This document shows positions 20,890 through 32,124 of a DNA stretch of 64,000 bases, one piece after another. Every line of letters starts with the position of its first letter. Positions within the stretch are counted from its first letter, which is position 1. The notes beneath the pieces are model-generated. The model was not told the DNA's origin. It was given only the letters and a program-made list of their open reading frames with translations, and did not search any database. A program made the position numbers and the translations under genes. Source of the stretch: Bacteriovoracaceae bacterium (lineage in GTDB: Bacteria; Bdellovibrionota; Bacteriovoracia; Bacteriovoracales; Bacteriovoracaceae); the NCBI GenBank assembly GCA_965217035.1, contig OZ244226.1, positions 1,160,146 to 1,224,145 on the forward strand, in the 5' to 3' direction.

Positions 20890-21093
20890 AAAAGTAGAGA
20901 TGCGAATTATTTTTTTTATTTCCTTACAACTTGTAAGCCCTAATCCAGCAAAACATTAATAATCGTCGTTTTTCCATGAAAGGATTTTAGTCAGTAATCA
21001 GATAGAGTTTGATTCAATAATTTCCCACTTGTTTCTGTCCACCACCACTCTATACTTCACTCTTCACACCAATTCACTAACGAGGAGAATTAA

Positions 21094-21747
21094 ATGAAAT
21101 TTTATTACCACCCTGTTTCAAGTTATTGTATCAAAACGATGATTGCCTTTCGCGAAAAAGAGGTTAATTATGAAGGGAAGATTACAAATCTTTTCGATGA
21201 AAAAGAAAGAACGGAATACCGAAAGTTTTATCCTATCGGAAAAGTTCCTCTTCTTGAGCTTGATGATGGTCACAAGATTCCTGAATCAACAATTATCGCT
21301 GAATGGCTCGATCAAAATTACTCAAAAGGAACGAGACTTTTTCCAGAAGGAAAAGATGAATGTCGCCGAGCACGACTTTATGATCGATTTCACGATCTCT
21401 ACTTAAACAACTCTATAGAAACACTTCGTTTTGAAGAAACAAAAGACAGAGGGATTCGAAATACAGAAGCGATTACACGTGCCGATCATCATATAAGAGC
21501 GGTATACACAAAACTTGATAAAGAAATTGAAGGAAAAAACTGGTTAATAAATGATAACTTCACAATTGCTGATATTTCAGCTTTTGCAGGTTTATTTTAT
21601 GCAAATGAAATTCGACCATTTAATGATTACAAGAACATCACTGCTTATTATAACAGAATGCTTGAGAGAACTTCAGTAAAAGACGTTCTAAAAGAAATCA
21701 CACCAGCACTTCAAACTTGGAAAAAAAATCAAAGAAACGTTGCTTAA
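21094..21747 (+). CDS. glutathione S-transferase family protein
   Basis: SSYC N-terminal motif, P.GKVP.L, ESTII.EWLD, FTIADI. Confidence 0.9.
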   Translation: MKFYYHPVSSYCIKTMIAFREKEVNYEGKITNLFDEKERTEYRKFYPIGKVPLLELDDGHKIPESTIIAEWLDQNYSKGTRLFPEGKDECRRARLYDRFHDLYLNNSIETLRFEETKDRGIRNTEAITRADHHIRAVYTKLDKEIEGKNWLINDNFTIADISAFAGLFYANEIRPFNDYKNITAYYNRMLERTSVKDVLKEITPALQTWKKNQRNVA

Positions 21748-21762
21748 GTAATTTTTAATTTC

Positions 21763-21792
21763 AGAGCAAGTTAGAATTAGCTTGCTCTTTTC
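21763..21792. terminator. terminator between convergent GST and selO genes
   Basis: AGAGCAAG...CTTGCTCT followed by a T-run. Confidence 0.65.
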
Positions 21793-21797
21793 TTTAA

Positions 21798-23219
21798 TTA
21801 AGTTCCACAGAATGTTTGATAAACTCTTTCGTTTGGTTTTGGAGCTTGAGAAAAATGACTATATTCTTCAATCTCGATATAAGGACTTGAAGTTACCTCT
21901 AAAAGCTTATAAAAATATTCAAAATTTCCTTGATAAGCCTTTTCAATAACCTTTTCAACTTGATGGTTTCTCGGAATATAGATTGGATTGATTCCATGTA
22001 AATGATCGACACTTGATACTCGCTCCTTCCATTGGCGAATAAAATCTTCAAGCTCCTTTGTTTCGGGGTAAAAAGATGTTTTTCCAAAAAATAAATCATT
22101 AAGGTTTCTAAAAGCGAGAGTAAAATCAAGAGATTCATTTTCTAGGTATTTCAAAAAACTTAGAATGATAGATTTATCTGATTTCTGATAATTTTTGATT
22201 CCAATTTTTTCAGCAAACCGCAAGATTCTTTTTTCTTCAAAATTTCCAAGCAGACCAACAATTTCATTTTCCACGAATTTAATTGCTACATTTTCCTTCT
22301 CGTCGATTAAAGGCAATAAGCATTCAGCAAATCTAAGGATATTCCATTGAGCAATGGGAACCTGATTAAAAAATGAGTACCGTCCTGCTTTATCGATAGA
22401 ACTAAAAACTTTCTCAAACTTAAAATTATCCATAAAAGCACAAGGACCATAATCGATTGTAATCCCGGCTAAAGAAAAATTGTCAGTATTCATAACTCCA
22501 TGAATAAAACCAAGTGAACTCCATTTAGCAATAAGCTCAGATTGTTTCTCAATAAAAGCCTTCAAAAGCTCGACCGATTTTTCTTTATAATCAGTTAAAT
22601 CACTAAGTTTGGGATAATGCCTTTTTATCGAATAATCCAATAAGGTTTTAATAGATTCAAGATCATTCCTAAAAGCAAAATATTGGAATGTTCCAACTCT
22701 TATATGAGAAGCGGAAACGCGAGTAAGGATTCCTCCTGGTTCAGGTCCATCCTTTCTGAGCACGTCCTCTCCTGTCTTAACAGCACAAAGAGCACGAGTT
22801 GTCGGTACTCCAAGACTATGCATCGCCTCACTAACAATATACTCTCTCAAAACAGGACCTAAAGCACTTCTTCCATCACCTTGACGAGAAAATTTTGTCC
22901 TTCCACTTCCCTTAAGTTGAATATCATATCCATTAGTTTCTCCAAGCAAATGGGCACGACCATCACCTAATTGAGGTACCGGATGCCCAAACTGATAACC
23001 CGCATAAGCCATGGCTAAGGGTACTGATCCAGCTAATATTTTTTGTCCTGAGAAAATACAAGCAAGCTCTTTTTCGGAAACCCCTTGAGAGTTAATTCCA
23101 AGTTCAGTCGCAAGTTTTTCATTAAAGAGAATAAGTTCTGGATTATGAAAATCTTCAGGATTGATTCTTTCATAGAAAGCCTCAGGAAGATTTTCATAAG
23201 TATTTACAAAATTAATCAT
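21798..23219 (-). CDS. selO: protein adenylyltransferase SelO (YdiU)
   Basis: YAGYQFG..QLGDGRA, QLKGSG.T.FSR.GDGR, GFIHGVMNTDN, IDYGP, C-terminal TFCGT. Confidence 0.95.
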   Translation of the reverse strand: MINFVNTYENLPEAFYERINPEDFHNPELILFNEKLATELGINSQGVSEKELACIFSGQKILAGSVPLAMAYAGYQFGHPVPQLGDGRAHLLGETNGYDIQLKGSGRTKFSRQGDGRSALGPVLREYIVSEAMHSLGVPTTRALCAVKTGEDVLRKDGPEPGGILTRVSASHIRVGTFQYFAFRNDLESIKTLLDYSIKRHYPKLSDLTDYKEKSVELLKAFIEKQSELIAKWSSLGFIHGVMNTDNFSLAGITIDYGPCAFMDNFKFEKVFSSIDKAGRYSFFNQVPIAQWNILRFAECLLPLIDEKENVAIKFVENEIVGLLGNFEEKRILRFAEKIGIKNYQKSDKSIILSFLKYLENESLDFTLAFRNLNDLFFGKTSFYPETKELEDFIRQWKERVSSVDHLHGINPIYIPRNHQVEKVIEKAYQGNFEYFYKLLEVTSSPYIEIEEYSHFSQAPKPNERVYQTFCGT

Positions 23220-23520
23220 TTCTTCACTTTCCCAAGAAAGCCTAAATTGAGCAACTAGACATGCTCAGACTTCATTTAAACTATTACGCCAAGTAATTTC
23301 TACAGGCTTATAACAAGATTCTTTTTTGCATCGAGTCGCCGTGATACTCTTGGTTCTATATTTAGGGGAGAAAACTTTATGAAATTAATAATGCTCATTA
23401 TGACGTTCTGTTTAGGATTTAGTGCATACAGTACAGAGATCATTGGAAATCTAACCTATGATGAAAATCATACCTCTAAGTTTCCAGAGTTAAGAAACGG
23501 AAGATTAGTAGTTGGTCCTA

Positions 23521-24396
23521 GGGCGTGTTTTCAAAGTTTACTCCACATAAGAATCGCTCCCAGTAAAACCATGGTCATATAGTTTCGAGCAAGCTTTTCA
23601 AATCTCATTGCAATCGACCTAAATTGCTTTAAGTTACAAAAAGAATTCTCGACAACATGTCTGTCTCTATAAAGTTCCTTGTCGTAAACAATCTCCTTCT
23701 TTCGACTTCTTCTTCCTGGAATAACAGGACTTACTCCTCTCGCTTCGAGTGACTTTCTGAACAAATCTGCATCATAACCTTTATCAGCAAGAAGTTGCTC
23801 GACTTGATCGGGTAACTCTTCAATAAATTCATACGCGGTATCAATGTCATGAATATTGCCTGGACTTAATTTAATGATCTCCGGATTACCGTAGCTGTCT
23901 GTTAAAAGGTGAATCTTTGTTGTGGGACCACCTGAGCTTTTTCCTATCTTCTGATCACCATTTTTTTTCGAGCACCATGAGCATGTTGATGAGCTCGAAC
24001 AATACTTGAATCCAAGGCAACGTTTTGCTTTGTTAACTTGTCTTTAATCAGAACAAAAACTTCTTGGAAGATTCCTGATTCTGACCAACGATTAAAACGA
24101 GTGTAAACTGATTGCCAAGGACCAAACTCAACAGGGAGATCTCTCCAGGGACAACCGACTCTAAGCTTCCAAATCATTCCTTCAAGCATTGTTCGGTTAC
24201 ATTTTGAGGGACGAGCGCAGCGACCACGTTCAGCTGGTAAAAGAGGTTCTATTTTTTTCCACATAGTGTTTGTTAAAAATAATCGTTCTGTTGTTTTCAT
24301 AGATCTATGAAAGTAGAATTATGATCAATGGCCAAGATAAATGACCTTAAAAGGCCTTACATTTTCTCAGACCCTTCTAACTTTGAAGACACGCCC
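23521..24396 (-). mobile_element. IS5-family insertion sequence, 876 bp, copy 1
   Basis: Terminal IRs GGGCGTGT(T/C)TTCAAAGTT, TA flanks on both sides, split transposase ORFs; reverse complement of 30723-31598. Confidence 0.95.
23531..24300 (-). CDS. IS5-family transposase (two ORFs joined by -1 frameshift at A8)
   Basis: ORF A: W..LP..FGPW.SVY.RF.RW...G, ALDSS.VRAHQH. ORF B: GG.TTKIH, LADKGYD, VE..F..LKQFR.IA.R.EK. Confidence 0.92.
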
Positions 24397-25100
24397 TAAT
24401 TTTAAGCTAGAGAAATTGGTCGAAAAAACTCTTGATAGCCATTATTGCACCATTAAATCCAGTGATGGAAAAGAACGAGAAGTCACTTCAGATAAAAATG
24501 ATTTTACAATTGATTTCAATTTGTTCGATAACCAGGTTTTAATTGCATTAGCTTTTCCTCTTGAAGACGGAAAAATAATGAGCACTCTTGGAGTTATTAG
24601 CATTTCAAATTCTGTTGTTAGAGGAATTGGACTACTCTTTCCACTTGTTTATCTTGGTTCTGATGGCTACGTCGTTAAAAAACAAGTTTATTCATCTGGT
24701 TCAAATATCGAAGACATTGAAGCAAACTTAACCTTTAATGACATCACTTATAGCTTCTCTTGTAAGTAGTATTTAATAAGTAGAATTTCTCTCAAGAAAT
24801 ACTCATTGAACTCACCTAATCTTCAAGTAAAGAATCTCAATCAATTCGACGAGATACCCGAGAAGATTTTTACCAAGATTAGCTTTGAGCAAAGAAAACC
24901 ATCAAAGATAACTCTGTTCAATACCCGACCTTTTCACTTCGCTCGTAAGCAAGTGTTGGCCAAAAGGCCCTGTATCAGGCCTTACAGGCTATTAACTGAA
25001 TGCGAAAATGGTCCTATAGAAAACAGATTTAGCCTTGATCAGCAAGCTAGGTCCTAAATAATTTCCAACTAAGAACAATACTGAAAAGGAGTTCAGCTAA

Positions 25101-25631
25101 ATGGAAAATTTAAAATTACTGGAAGAATTTGAGAGCCCCTCTCTCGCTGATTTCGATGCTCTTATTTCCCACTTAAGCACTCACCATGCCAATCAAAATA
25201 TGCACCTGAGAAAAGCGCGAACAAAAAATGGAGAGCGAATCCTTGGACACCTACATATGGTTAAATATGCATCGAAAACAAAGCTTGCTGGTCATATTTC
25301 TGGACCAGATGATCTTGAAATGGTTTACGAGATTTATAAACAAAACGGCAGAGTCAGTCTCTTTATAAGTGAATATGATGGAGATAGCAGGGAACTCAAA
25401 AGAGTCATAAAAAAGCTCAGCCAAAGACTTTTAGAAAGAGTCGAACAGGAAGGTAATGCTAGCGAAGATCATTATAGCAATTATAAATCAGGCAACTTCT
25501 ATCTTAGGCGAAATAAAGATGGTATGGACTATAACCACTCTAAAATTCAAAAAGCTCTAAGACTTGGAGTTATATCAGATCAATTTGCAAAGAAAATTAA
25601 GACATGGGGTTTCGAACTTATAAATCCTTAA
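25101..25631 (+). CDS. hypothetical protein
   Basis: 176 aa ORF with AGGAG RBS; family not recognised. Confidence 0.65.
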   Translation: MENLKLLEEFESPSLADFDALISHLSTHHANQNMHLRKARTKNGERILGHLHMVKYASKTKLAGHISGPDDLEMVYEIYKQNGRVSLFISEYDGDSRELKRVIKKLSQRLLERVEQEGNASEDHYSNYKSGNFYLRRNKDGMDYNHSKIQKALRLGVISDQFAKKIKTWGFELINP

Positions 25632-25833
25632 TAATAAAAACAAAAGGTGTTTTCGTATTTCCACATTCACAGGTATCAGAATAGAGGCCACGTAACTCTT
25701 TAGTTGCAAAAGGAATATTGGTTTCTAATTCTTTGCCACATTCTCTGCACTTAGCTGATCTAACCTCAAGACCATGCTGACCGCACCAATCTTCAAGTTT
25801 TGTTATAGGTGACAAGAAATCTGAAAAAACCAT
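25618..25833 (-). CDS. small zinc-ribbon-like protein
   Basis: CxxC...CxCG motifs; AAGGA RBS. Confidence 0.6.
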   Translation of the reverse strand: MVFSDFLSPITKLEDWCGQHGLEVRSAKCRECGKELETNIPFATKELRGLYSDTCECGNTKTPFVFIIKDL

Positions 25834-25922
25834 TATTTCCTTTAAAATTATTTTTTTCTAGAATAGCCGAAATAACAGCATTTGGCATTCCGATAAAAAA
25901 ATTTACAAACTAATAATTAGGG

Positions 25923-26597
25923 CTACTTTATAACTTTTATTCTGGGCCTTATCCCATCCCACTCAATCGTTGCTAAGGGTTGGTAGCTACGATCATTGCG
26001 ACCTAATTCGCCCGAAGTAATTATCATCTTTTCTTCGCTATTTTTAGGTAGAATCGTTCTATAATGAGAGTGAGCAATTGCCTTAATCGTTTCCTCTGTA
26101 TACTCACTTATGCCAAATTTTATATTTATTAACTCAGCCATTTTTTTTATAGTAAAGATATTTGGAAGCGGATCAGTTATTCTTTCAATTGTTTCATTTT
26201 TTATTTGAAAAACAATCCTATTCTCTACAGATGCTCCATCTTGAATGATATAGAGAATCTCCCCTATAATAGCAGCAAAATAATCGAAAGTTAGACCATC
26301 ACATCCTATTCGATAATAGGTTTCCGTTTTTTCCATGACACATCTTTCAATAAAATCTTTATTCAAGGACCCTCCAGAGTCAGAGGTATCTTTCATTTCT
26401 GAAAAAGCTTTTAAAACAAACTTATTCACTTCAACAGGATCTCTACGTTTTATGGTAAGAGTTGTTGTCGTCACTTCTAAAACTTCTTTCAGAGACAGAT
26501 TACCCCCAGAAGAATCGTAATCGATAGTTTTTTGAAATCCTTCTTGTTTACTACAGCTCAATAAAACAAGAGTAAGAAGAGTTCTTATTAGAGTCAT
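25923..26597 (-). CDS. lipoprotein, hypothetical
   Basis: Lipobox LLSC; starts a few bp after the nucleotidase stop. Confidence 0.65.
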   Translation of the reverse strand: MTLIRTLLTLVLLSCSKQEGFQKTIDYDSSGGNLSLKEVLEVTTTTLTIKRRDPVEVNKFVLKAFSEMKDTSDSGGSLNKDFIERCVMEKTETYYRIGCDGLTFDYFAAIIGEILYIIQDGASVENRIVFQIKNETIERITDPLPNIFTIKKMAELINIKFGISEYTEETIKAIAHSHYRTILPKNSEEKMIITSGELGRNDRSYQPLATIEWDGIRPRIKVIK

Positions 26598-26603
26598 TGT
26601 AAT

Positions 26604-28562
26604 TTAGTCTTTATAGGGTGCTTGAGAATACATTTTGTTCATATATTCTGCTAGGGCATCTTGCTCTCCTCCTGTACCAGCAAAATTAAATTTCCCTGTT
26701 TTAACAGGAGTAGCCTTTTGAAGGTCAACTCGATTTAATTGCTCAGAAGGAATATCACCAAATATTGATTCATTTCCATTTGCCAAAAAAGATAGAGTTG
26801 CAACCCTATAGAGCTTGTCGAGGTTCGCCGCAACAACTGTTCCGTCATCGACTAGTTTGTCCCCATTAGAGAGAACTAAGTTAACAAGCCTAGATCCTTT
26901 CGTTTTAGAAATCTCATATTTAATATCCATTCCAGAAACCTGCGGAAACATTCCGTTCTTCACAAGCTTTAGCGGATTTTTTGGATTACCAGTCTCGTCT
27001 CTTTCATAATCAGAGCCAAGAGTTAACTCAAGCTGATCAATAATATTTTGACCGGTGAGGCTTATAATACTTATGCCATTATCAAAAGCAAGAGCTTTCT
27101 CAATGTCTAGTTCTGTAATCTTACCTTCTAATGGCGGAAGCTTCTCAACAACTGTACTCCCAGGGAGCGCTTCAATTCTACCAATTGAAGCTCTTATTCC
27201 ACCTGAATTTCTAATAGAAACAACTGTATCAATGTTAAAGAATTCCTTTGCATACCAAACGAGAGAATCAGCAGCAATACTTCCAAAATTAGTAAAAGAT
27301 CTTCTTATATTAGTTCGCTCAGCATTTAAGAAAACATCTGTTTTCGCAATCACATTACTAGTTTTCGGTCCAATAATAGCCTCGATACGATTCACTAACT
27401 CAACAATCTTTGGATCTGCAGGAGTATCCCCTAAAAGGGCAACTCCTTCTTTATCAGTGGCAAATGCACCACTTTCACAATTATTATGAAGATTCTTTAC
27501 AAGATTTCCTTCTTTATCAAAATGAGCAACCAGTCTTCCAATATAAAGATATTGCCCATCAGTATTAACAACAGCAACATCTTTACCTGAAGCATCTTTC
27601 TTCCAAAGAGGATATTTTCCATAAGCCTTGTGACCTGTTCTCAATCTATCGTTTTCATCGACGAGGATTGAATCTGATCCACCTCCTGCGATGATATCAA
27701 CGTTTTTGAGAAGGCTTGCAAGCTTTTCTTCAATTGAAAGCTGCTGCATATGAGAAAGAACGATGATGATATCAACTCCTTTCTCTGTAAGTCTATCAGC
27801 ATGCGACTGAATAACAGCTGCAAGATTTTTATATTCAGAATCTTTTACTTCTGGAGTAACGACAAGATTATCGGTATTAGCAATACTGGCAAGCTTTTGT
27901 GTTACTGCTCCAATGAACCCAACTTTTCTTCCATTCACTGTTATGATTGTTGTGTTAGCAATTCCATTCGCAAGACTAGAAGCTTCTTGATCATTCTCAA
28001 CGACAAGTTCATTCAGTTTATTACCGACAAAAGTTAAGTTAGAACTTAAATATGGAAAAGATGTACCAGGATAAGATTTATCAGCCTTTATAAGATCGTA
28101 AAGTCTTTGTGTTCCCTTATCGAACTCATGATTTCCAATAGTAGAAACCTGAATTCCCAAAGCATTGTTGATTAAAATATCCGCACGACCGAATGTGCCT
28201 CTTCCCTCTTCTCTTTCTCCACCAACGAGATCTTTCATTTTTTCGTCACTACTCGCTGCAGAGAAAGGACTTGAAAGGAAGTTATCCCCAGAAGAAACAA
28301 TAACAGTATTTTCAAAAGTATTTTTCAATGAGTTCATGACTGAAGAAGCCCTAGGAGCATCTTCTAGTGCATTAATATTTCCTTCTTGGTCGGCCATATG
28401 AAGAATCTGAAGAGTAAAGATGTCTTGTGGCTTATTAACTTTTTGAAGTGGATTACAAGCCGAAATAGGATTAATTTGTGGTAGAGATTGAAACTTATAA
28501 CCATCACCACTATCACATGAGTAAACAGAAACTAGTAAACTTAACAAAAGTAATTTTCTCAT
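26604..28562 (-). CDS. bifunctional metallophosphatase/5'-nucleotidase lipoprotein
   Basis: LH.AD.EG, SSGDN, GNHEFD, LSH, NSGGIRASI, FPQVSG; lipobox YSC. Confidence 0.92.
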   Translation of the reverse strand: MRKLLLLSLLVSVYSCDSGDGYKFQSLPQINPISACNPLQKVNKPQDIFTLQILHMADQEGNINALEDAPRASSVMNSLKNTFENTVIVSSGDNFLSSPFSAASSDEKMKDLVGGEREEGRGTFGRADILINNALGIQVSTIGNHEFDKGTQRLYDLIKADKSYPGTSFPYLSSNLTFVGNKLNELVVENDQEASSLANGIANTTIITVNGRKVGFIGAVTQKLASIANTDNLVVTPEVKDSEYKNLAAVIQSHADRLTEKGVDIIIVLSHMQQLSIEEKLASLLKNVDIIAGGGSDSILVDENDRLRTGHKAYGKYPLWKKDASGKDVAVVNTDGQYLYIGRLVAHFDKEGNLVKNLHNNCESGAFATDKEGVALLGDTPADPKIVELVNRIEAIIGPKTSNVIAKTDVFLNAERTNIRRSFTNFGSIAADSLVWYAKEFFNIDTVVSIRNSGGIRASIGRIEALPGSTVVEKLPPLEGKITELDIEKALAFDNGISIISLTGQNIIDQLELTLGSDYERDETGNPKNPLKLVKNGMFPQVSGMDIKYEISKTKGSRLVNLVLSNGDKLVDDGTVVAANLDKLYRVATLSFLANGNESIFGDIPSEQLNRVDLQKATPVKTGKFNFAGTGGEQDALAEYMNKMYSQAPYKD

Positions 28563-29040
28563 AAATACTCCAAATTTATGCTAGTGAGCTGATTCATGTC
28601 TTATATATGATGATTAATCCTTTGCTACAATGAGACCCAGTAAACTTTATAGCATCTTTGTAATCTCGCTAATTCTAAGTTCCTGGAAATACTTAATCTC
28701 TTCAACTCAAAGCATAACTCGTTTTTCCCTATCTCCACTTGCATTATCAGTGAATGAAAAATGGCATCATCATTTTAATCCTTTTGTCTCTGCTTGGATG
28801 TTTATCAAAAGAAAAATCTTAGAAACATTACCCCCAAAAAGATGAAATAAAATCTCTGAAAATAACTACGATCGAGAAACTCTCCCACTGGATAGATTTT
28901 TCTGAATTCATGAAAGAGTGTAGCCGATCGACAGCAGCGATCTAACTATCTAAAATCATTGTAATTATTTTATTAGTGGCAACAGAAAGTCACGAGGAGC
29001 AAGCGCTTCAGATACAACCTCAAAATGTCGACAAGATGAT

Positions 29041-29901
29041 ATGAGAATCTCATTACTAGTTTTAATTACTCTTGGAATAGCATCGCGTCTATTTTCTGAT
29101 CCCCTCATTATTCCTGATGACTTGTATGATGAAGTCAAAAGAGTAGCAATTGAGATCCTCGACAGTTGCCCTCAAGACGACTGTATAATGATAACCCTCG
29201 GAAGAAGTCCTGTGCCTATCAATATTTTTATTGAAAACGTGGAGGGAGATAACTTAAAAAAACTACCATTATCTGGTTTCAAACATTCAATTGATTCTAA
29301 TAGTAGTGCTGTAAAAGATAAAAATGCACTTTCTCCATTATCTCCAAAGAAGAAAGAAAAACTATTCAAACACTTTGAAAGTATACTCGGCGATCTTAGC
29401 ACCTATAACGGAAAAAGAATCAAGGTAATAGACTTTGCAGATTTTGGAGACGCCCTAATGTCAGCATCTGCACACCTACAAGAATTCTTTAATCAAAAAT
29501 CTCTCGATATTAGAATAGAACCGATAGGTATTTCACCTTTCTCTCCTAAAGATTATAAAAAAGTAGCAATGAAATATCACTTAAACCCAAAAGATGTAAG
29601 TATCATTCGTATTCATTCTCTTGATCTCCTTTATCAGTATATGGCATTGTCAGAGTTTGAGAAGTACTCTTCTGTTCCAAAATGGATCTTATTCCAGGAG
29701 AAAACAACTCGAGCAAATGAAGATCAGGCTCAAAAATTTTTTAATGCATTTCAAGAAAAAATGAGATCAGACACAAGCATACAAAATAGGATTTCCCTAA
29801 AAGATCGAGTCTCCATAGTTAAACTGAAAAAAGAGAGTTTATTTTTTAATTGCTTTCATTATTTAGATAAAATTTCACGACTATTTAGACTATCTAATTG
29901 A
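29041..29901 (+). CDS. secreted hypothetical protein, PRTase-fold-like; paralog of 40517-41295
   Basis: Signal peptide; CP...C..I.LGRSP, LPLS.F, LF.HF, IDF...G..L shared with the 40.5 kb gene. Confidence 0.7.
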   Translation: MRISLLVLITLGIASRLFSDPLIIPDDLYDEVKRVAIEILDSCPQDDCIMITLGRSPVPINIFIENVEGDNLKKLPLSGFKHSIDSNSSAVKDKNALSPLSPKKKEKLFKHFESILGDLSTYNGKRIKVIDFADFGDALMSASAHLQEFFNQKSLDIRIEPIGISPFSPKDYKKVAMKYHLNPKDVSIIRIHSLDLLYQYMALSEFEKYSSVPKWILFQEKTTRANEDQAQKFFNAFQEKMRSDTSIQNRISLKDRVSIVKLKKESLFFNCFHYLDKISRLFRLSN

Positions 29902-30061
29902 GAGGGTAGACTCACTCCCAACCAAACCACATAAATTTCCCCTAGCCACAATTTGATTCTGGCCAGGAAAAGCGAGTGAATCCTGAGGAAGCATACGTTT
30001 TGGTATCTGATCGAAGGTGAATCGATGCTTTGACGACGCAAGAATTAAATTTAGCATGGAA

Positions 30062-30083
30062 AATGGGGTAACCGATGGGGCTC
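30062..30083 (-). repeat. att-like duplication of tRNA-His 3' end
   Basis: AATGGGGTAACCGATGGGGCTC versus AATGGGGTGACCGATGGGGCTC at 35519-35540 (1 mismatch in 22). Confidence 0.85.
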
Positions 30084-30155
30084 ACCTAACTTATTGGAAT
30101 TCCTCATATTACTGGCTGAGGGGCAGCTTAAAGTCACTGAAAGAAAAAGCATTCA

Positions 30156-30365
30156 TTGTTAATAAAAAACAAAGTTAAAGAGCTCAGAAAAGCAGAAGGA
30201 CTTTCTCAATCTAGTCTAGCGGAAGAGATAAATGTCACAAGAGCAACTATCAATGCTATCGAGGGTGAAAAGTACAACCCATCCTTGGAACTAGCTTTCA
30301 GACTCAGTATATATTTTAAAAAAGATATTAAGGACATATTTTACCTTGAAAAGGAGATTCAATGA
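30156..30365 (+). CDS. XRE-family HTH transcriptional regulator
   Basis: KNKVKELRK..GLSQ..LA....VTR.TI.AIE..KYNPSLELAF. Confidence 0.9.
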   Translation: MLIKNKVKELRKAEGLSQSSLAEEINVTRATINAIEGEKYNPSLELAFRLSIYFKKDIKDIFYLEKEIQ

Positions 30366-30722
30366 AACCCATAGATTCAATTTTATTTAAAATATTTTCA
30401 ATTGGCCTTCCTGTAATTTCTCTCATTGCTTGGTGGGCCAGTAGTCTCGAAGGGCCAAATGAAAATGGACTCTACAACCTCGCCGGTTTTGCCTTAATGT
30501 TTTACTGCGTAATCTCCATGATCTTTTTTGTAAGAGTCATTCTCTCAAAGCCCTTAAGAGAAGAAGTTCTTAAAAAGATTCTATTCTTTAAAGAAAGAGA
30601 CGAAAGAGAAAAAATCCTTACTGCAGAAGCAAGTAAGAGCACCTTCTTTGCGAGCTTAGCTATTCTCTTCGTTGTCCTATTTTTCTCTTGCTTCCAACTC
30701 TCAATTTACAAAGTCGAACCTA

Positions 30723-31598
30723 GGGCGTGTCTTCAAAGTTAGAAGGGTCTGAGAAAATGTAAGGCCTTTTAAGGTCATTTATCTTGGCCATTGATCATAA
30801 TTCTACTTTCATAGATCTATGAAAACAACAGAACGATTATTTTTAACAAACACTATGTGGAAAAAAATAGAACCTCTTTTACCAGCTGAACGTGGTCGCT
30901 GCGCTCGTCCCTCAAAATGTAACCGAACAATGCTTGAAGGAATGATTTGGAAGCTTAGAGTCGGTTGTCCCTGGAGAGATCTCCCTGTTGAGTTTGGTCC
31001 TTGGCAATCAGTTTACACTCGTTTTAATCGTTGGTCAGAATCAGGAATCTTCCAAGAAGTTTTTGTTCTGATTAAAGACAAGTTAACAAAGCAAAACGTT
31101 GCCTTGGATTCAAGTATTGTTCGAGCTCATCAACATGCTCATGGTGCTCGAAAAAAAATGGTGATCAGAAGATAGGAAAAAGCTCAGGTGGTCCCACAAC
31201 AAAGATTCACCTTTTAACAGACAGCTACGGTAATCCGGAGATCATTAAATTAAGTCCAGGCAATATTCATGACATTGATACCGCGTATGAATTTATTGAA
31301 GAGTTACCCGATCAAGTCGAGCAACTTCTTGCTGATAAAGGTTATGATGCAGATTTGTTCAGAAAGTCACTCGAAGCGAGAGGAGTAAGTCCTGTTATTC
31401 CAGGAAGAAGAAGTCGAAAGAAGGAGATTGTTTACGACAAGGAACTTTATAGAGACAGACATGTTGTCGAGAATTCTTTTTGTAACTTAAAGCAATTTAG
31501 GTCGATTGCAATGAGATTTGAAAAGCTTGCTCGAAACTATATGACCATGGTTTTACTGGGAGCGATTCTTATGTGGAGTAAACTTTGAAAACACGCCC
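30723..31598 (+). mobile_element. IS5-family insertion sequence, 876 bp, copy 2
   Basis: Same terminal IRs and identical translated ORFs as copy 1; TA duplication within a CTAG target. Confidence 0.95.
30819..31588 (+). CDS. IS5-family transposase (programmed -1 frameshift at A8, 31151-31158)
   Basis: ORF A ends ARKKMVIRR*; the -1 frame continues ...NGDQKIGKSSGGPTTKIH...LADKGYD. Confidence 0.92.
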
Positions 31599-32124
31599 TA
31601 GTAAGACTGTCGAGGGTAAAACAGGTACAATAAGCCTAGGAGCCAAGTTAGAAATATTTAAAGAAAAAGACTTCGAAGTACCTATCAAAAACATTGATAA
31701 ATCTTATATCCAGATAAAAGGAATTCCACTAACAAACACAGGGTTAATACTTTTCTTGATTTTGTTTCAAATTGCTTTCTACCAATTTACATCAAGAAGA
31801 TTACTTAACTGAAATCTCAAATAATTTTTTAAGTAAATCATTTCAGTCAAGGGGGTGGCTGATAGCTCCCCTCTAAATCGCTGAAATCTCTCTATTGACC
31901 CTTAAAAGAAAGCCAAAGGTCACCTATTCAAAAAGCCTGAACAAAACAACACAACAACTCCAAAAATCAACATTACTTTTTTGTTAAAAAAACACTTAAA
32001 AACGGACATAAATGAGCAGTTTTTAGCCCTCTTTTAGCCAAAAATGAGTGCTTTTCAAGCTTATACTCACTACTCCCAAGAGTTAAATCACTAAGATGGC
32101 CAACCATCCTGGAACTTTTTTCGC

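Larger units (their letters stand above)
23379..24769 (+). pseudogene. secreted hypothetical protein (about 170 aa) interrupted by IS5-family element
   Basis: Removing 23521-24396 plus one TA rejoins ...LVVGP|NFKLEK... in frame; signal peptide at the N-terminus. Confidence 0.85.
30362..31812 (+). pseudogene. membrane protein (DUF2178-like, about 190 aa) interrupted by IS5-family element
   Basis: ERDERE motif between TM helices. Removing the IS plus one TA rejoins ...KVEP|SKTVEGK... in frame. Confidence 0.85.

Noticed and set aside
24806..25057. 83-aa ORF; likewise 28630-28845 and 38383-38571
   Set aside because: No recognisable motifs or convincing RBS; they may be spurious or decayed.
23521..31598. 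Composite transposon formed by the two IS5 copies
   Set aside because: Each copy has its own TA duplication and its own interrupted gene that rejoins in frame, so these are independent insertions.
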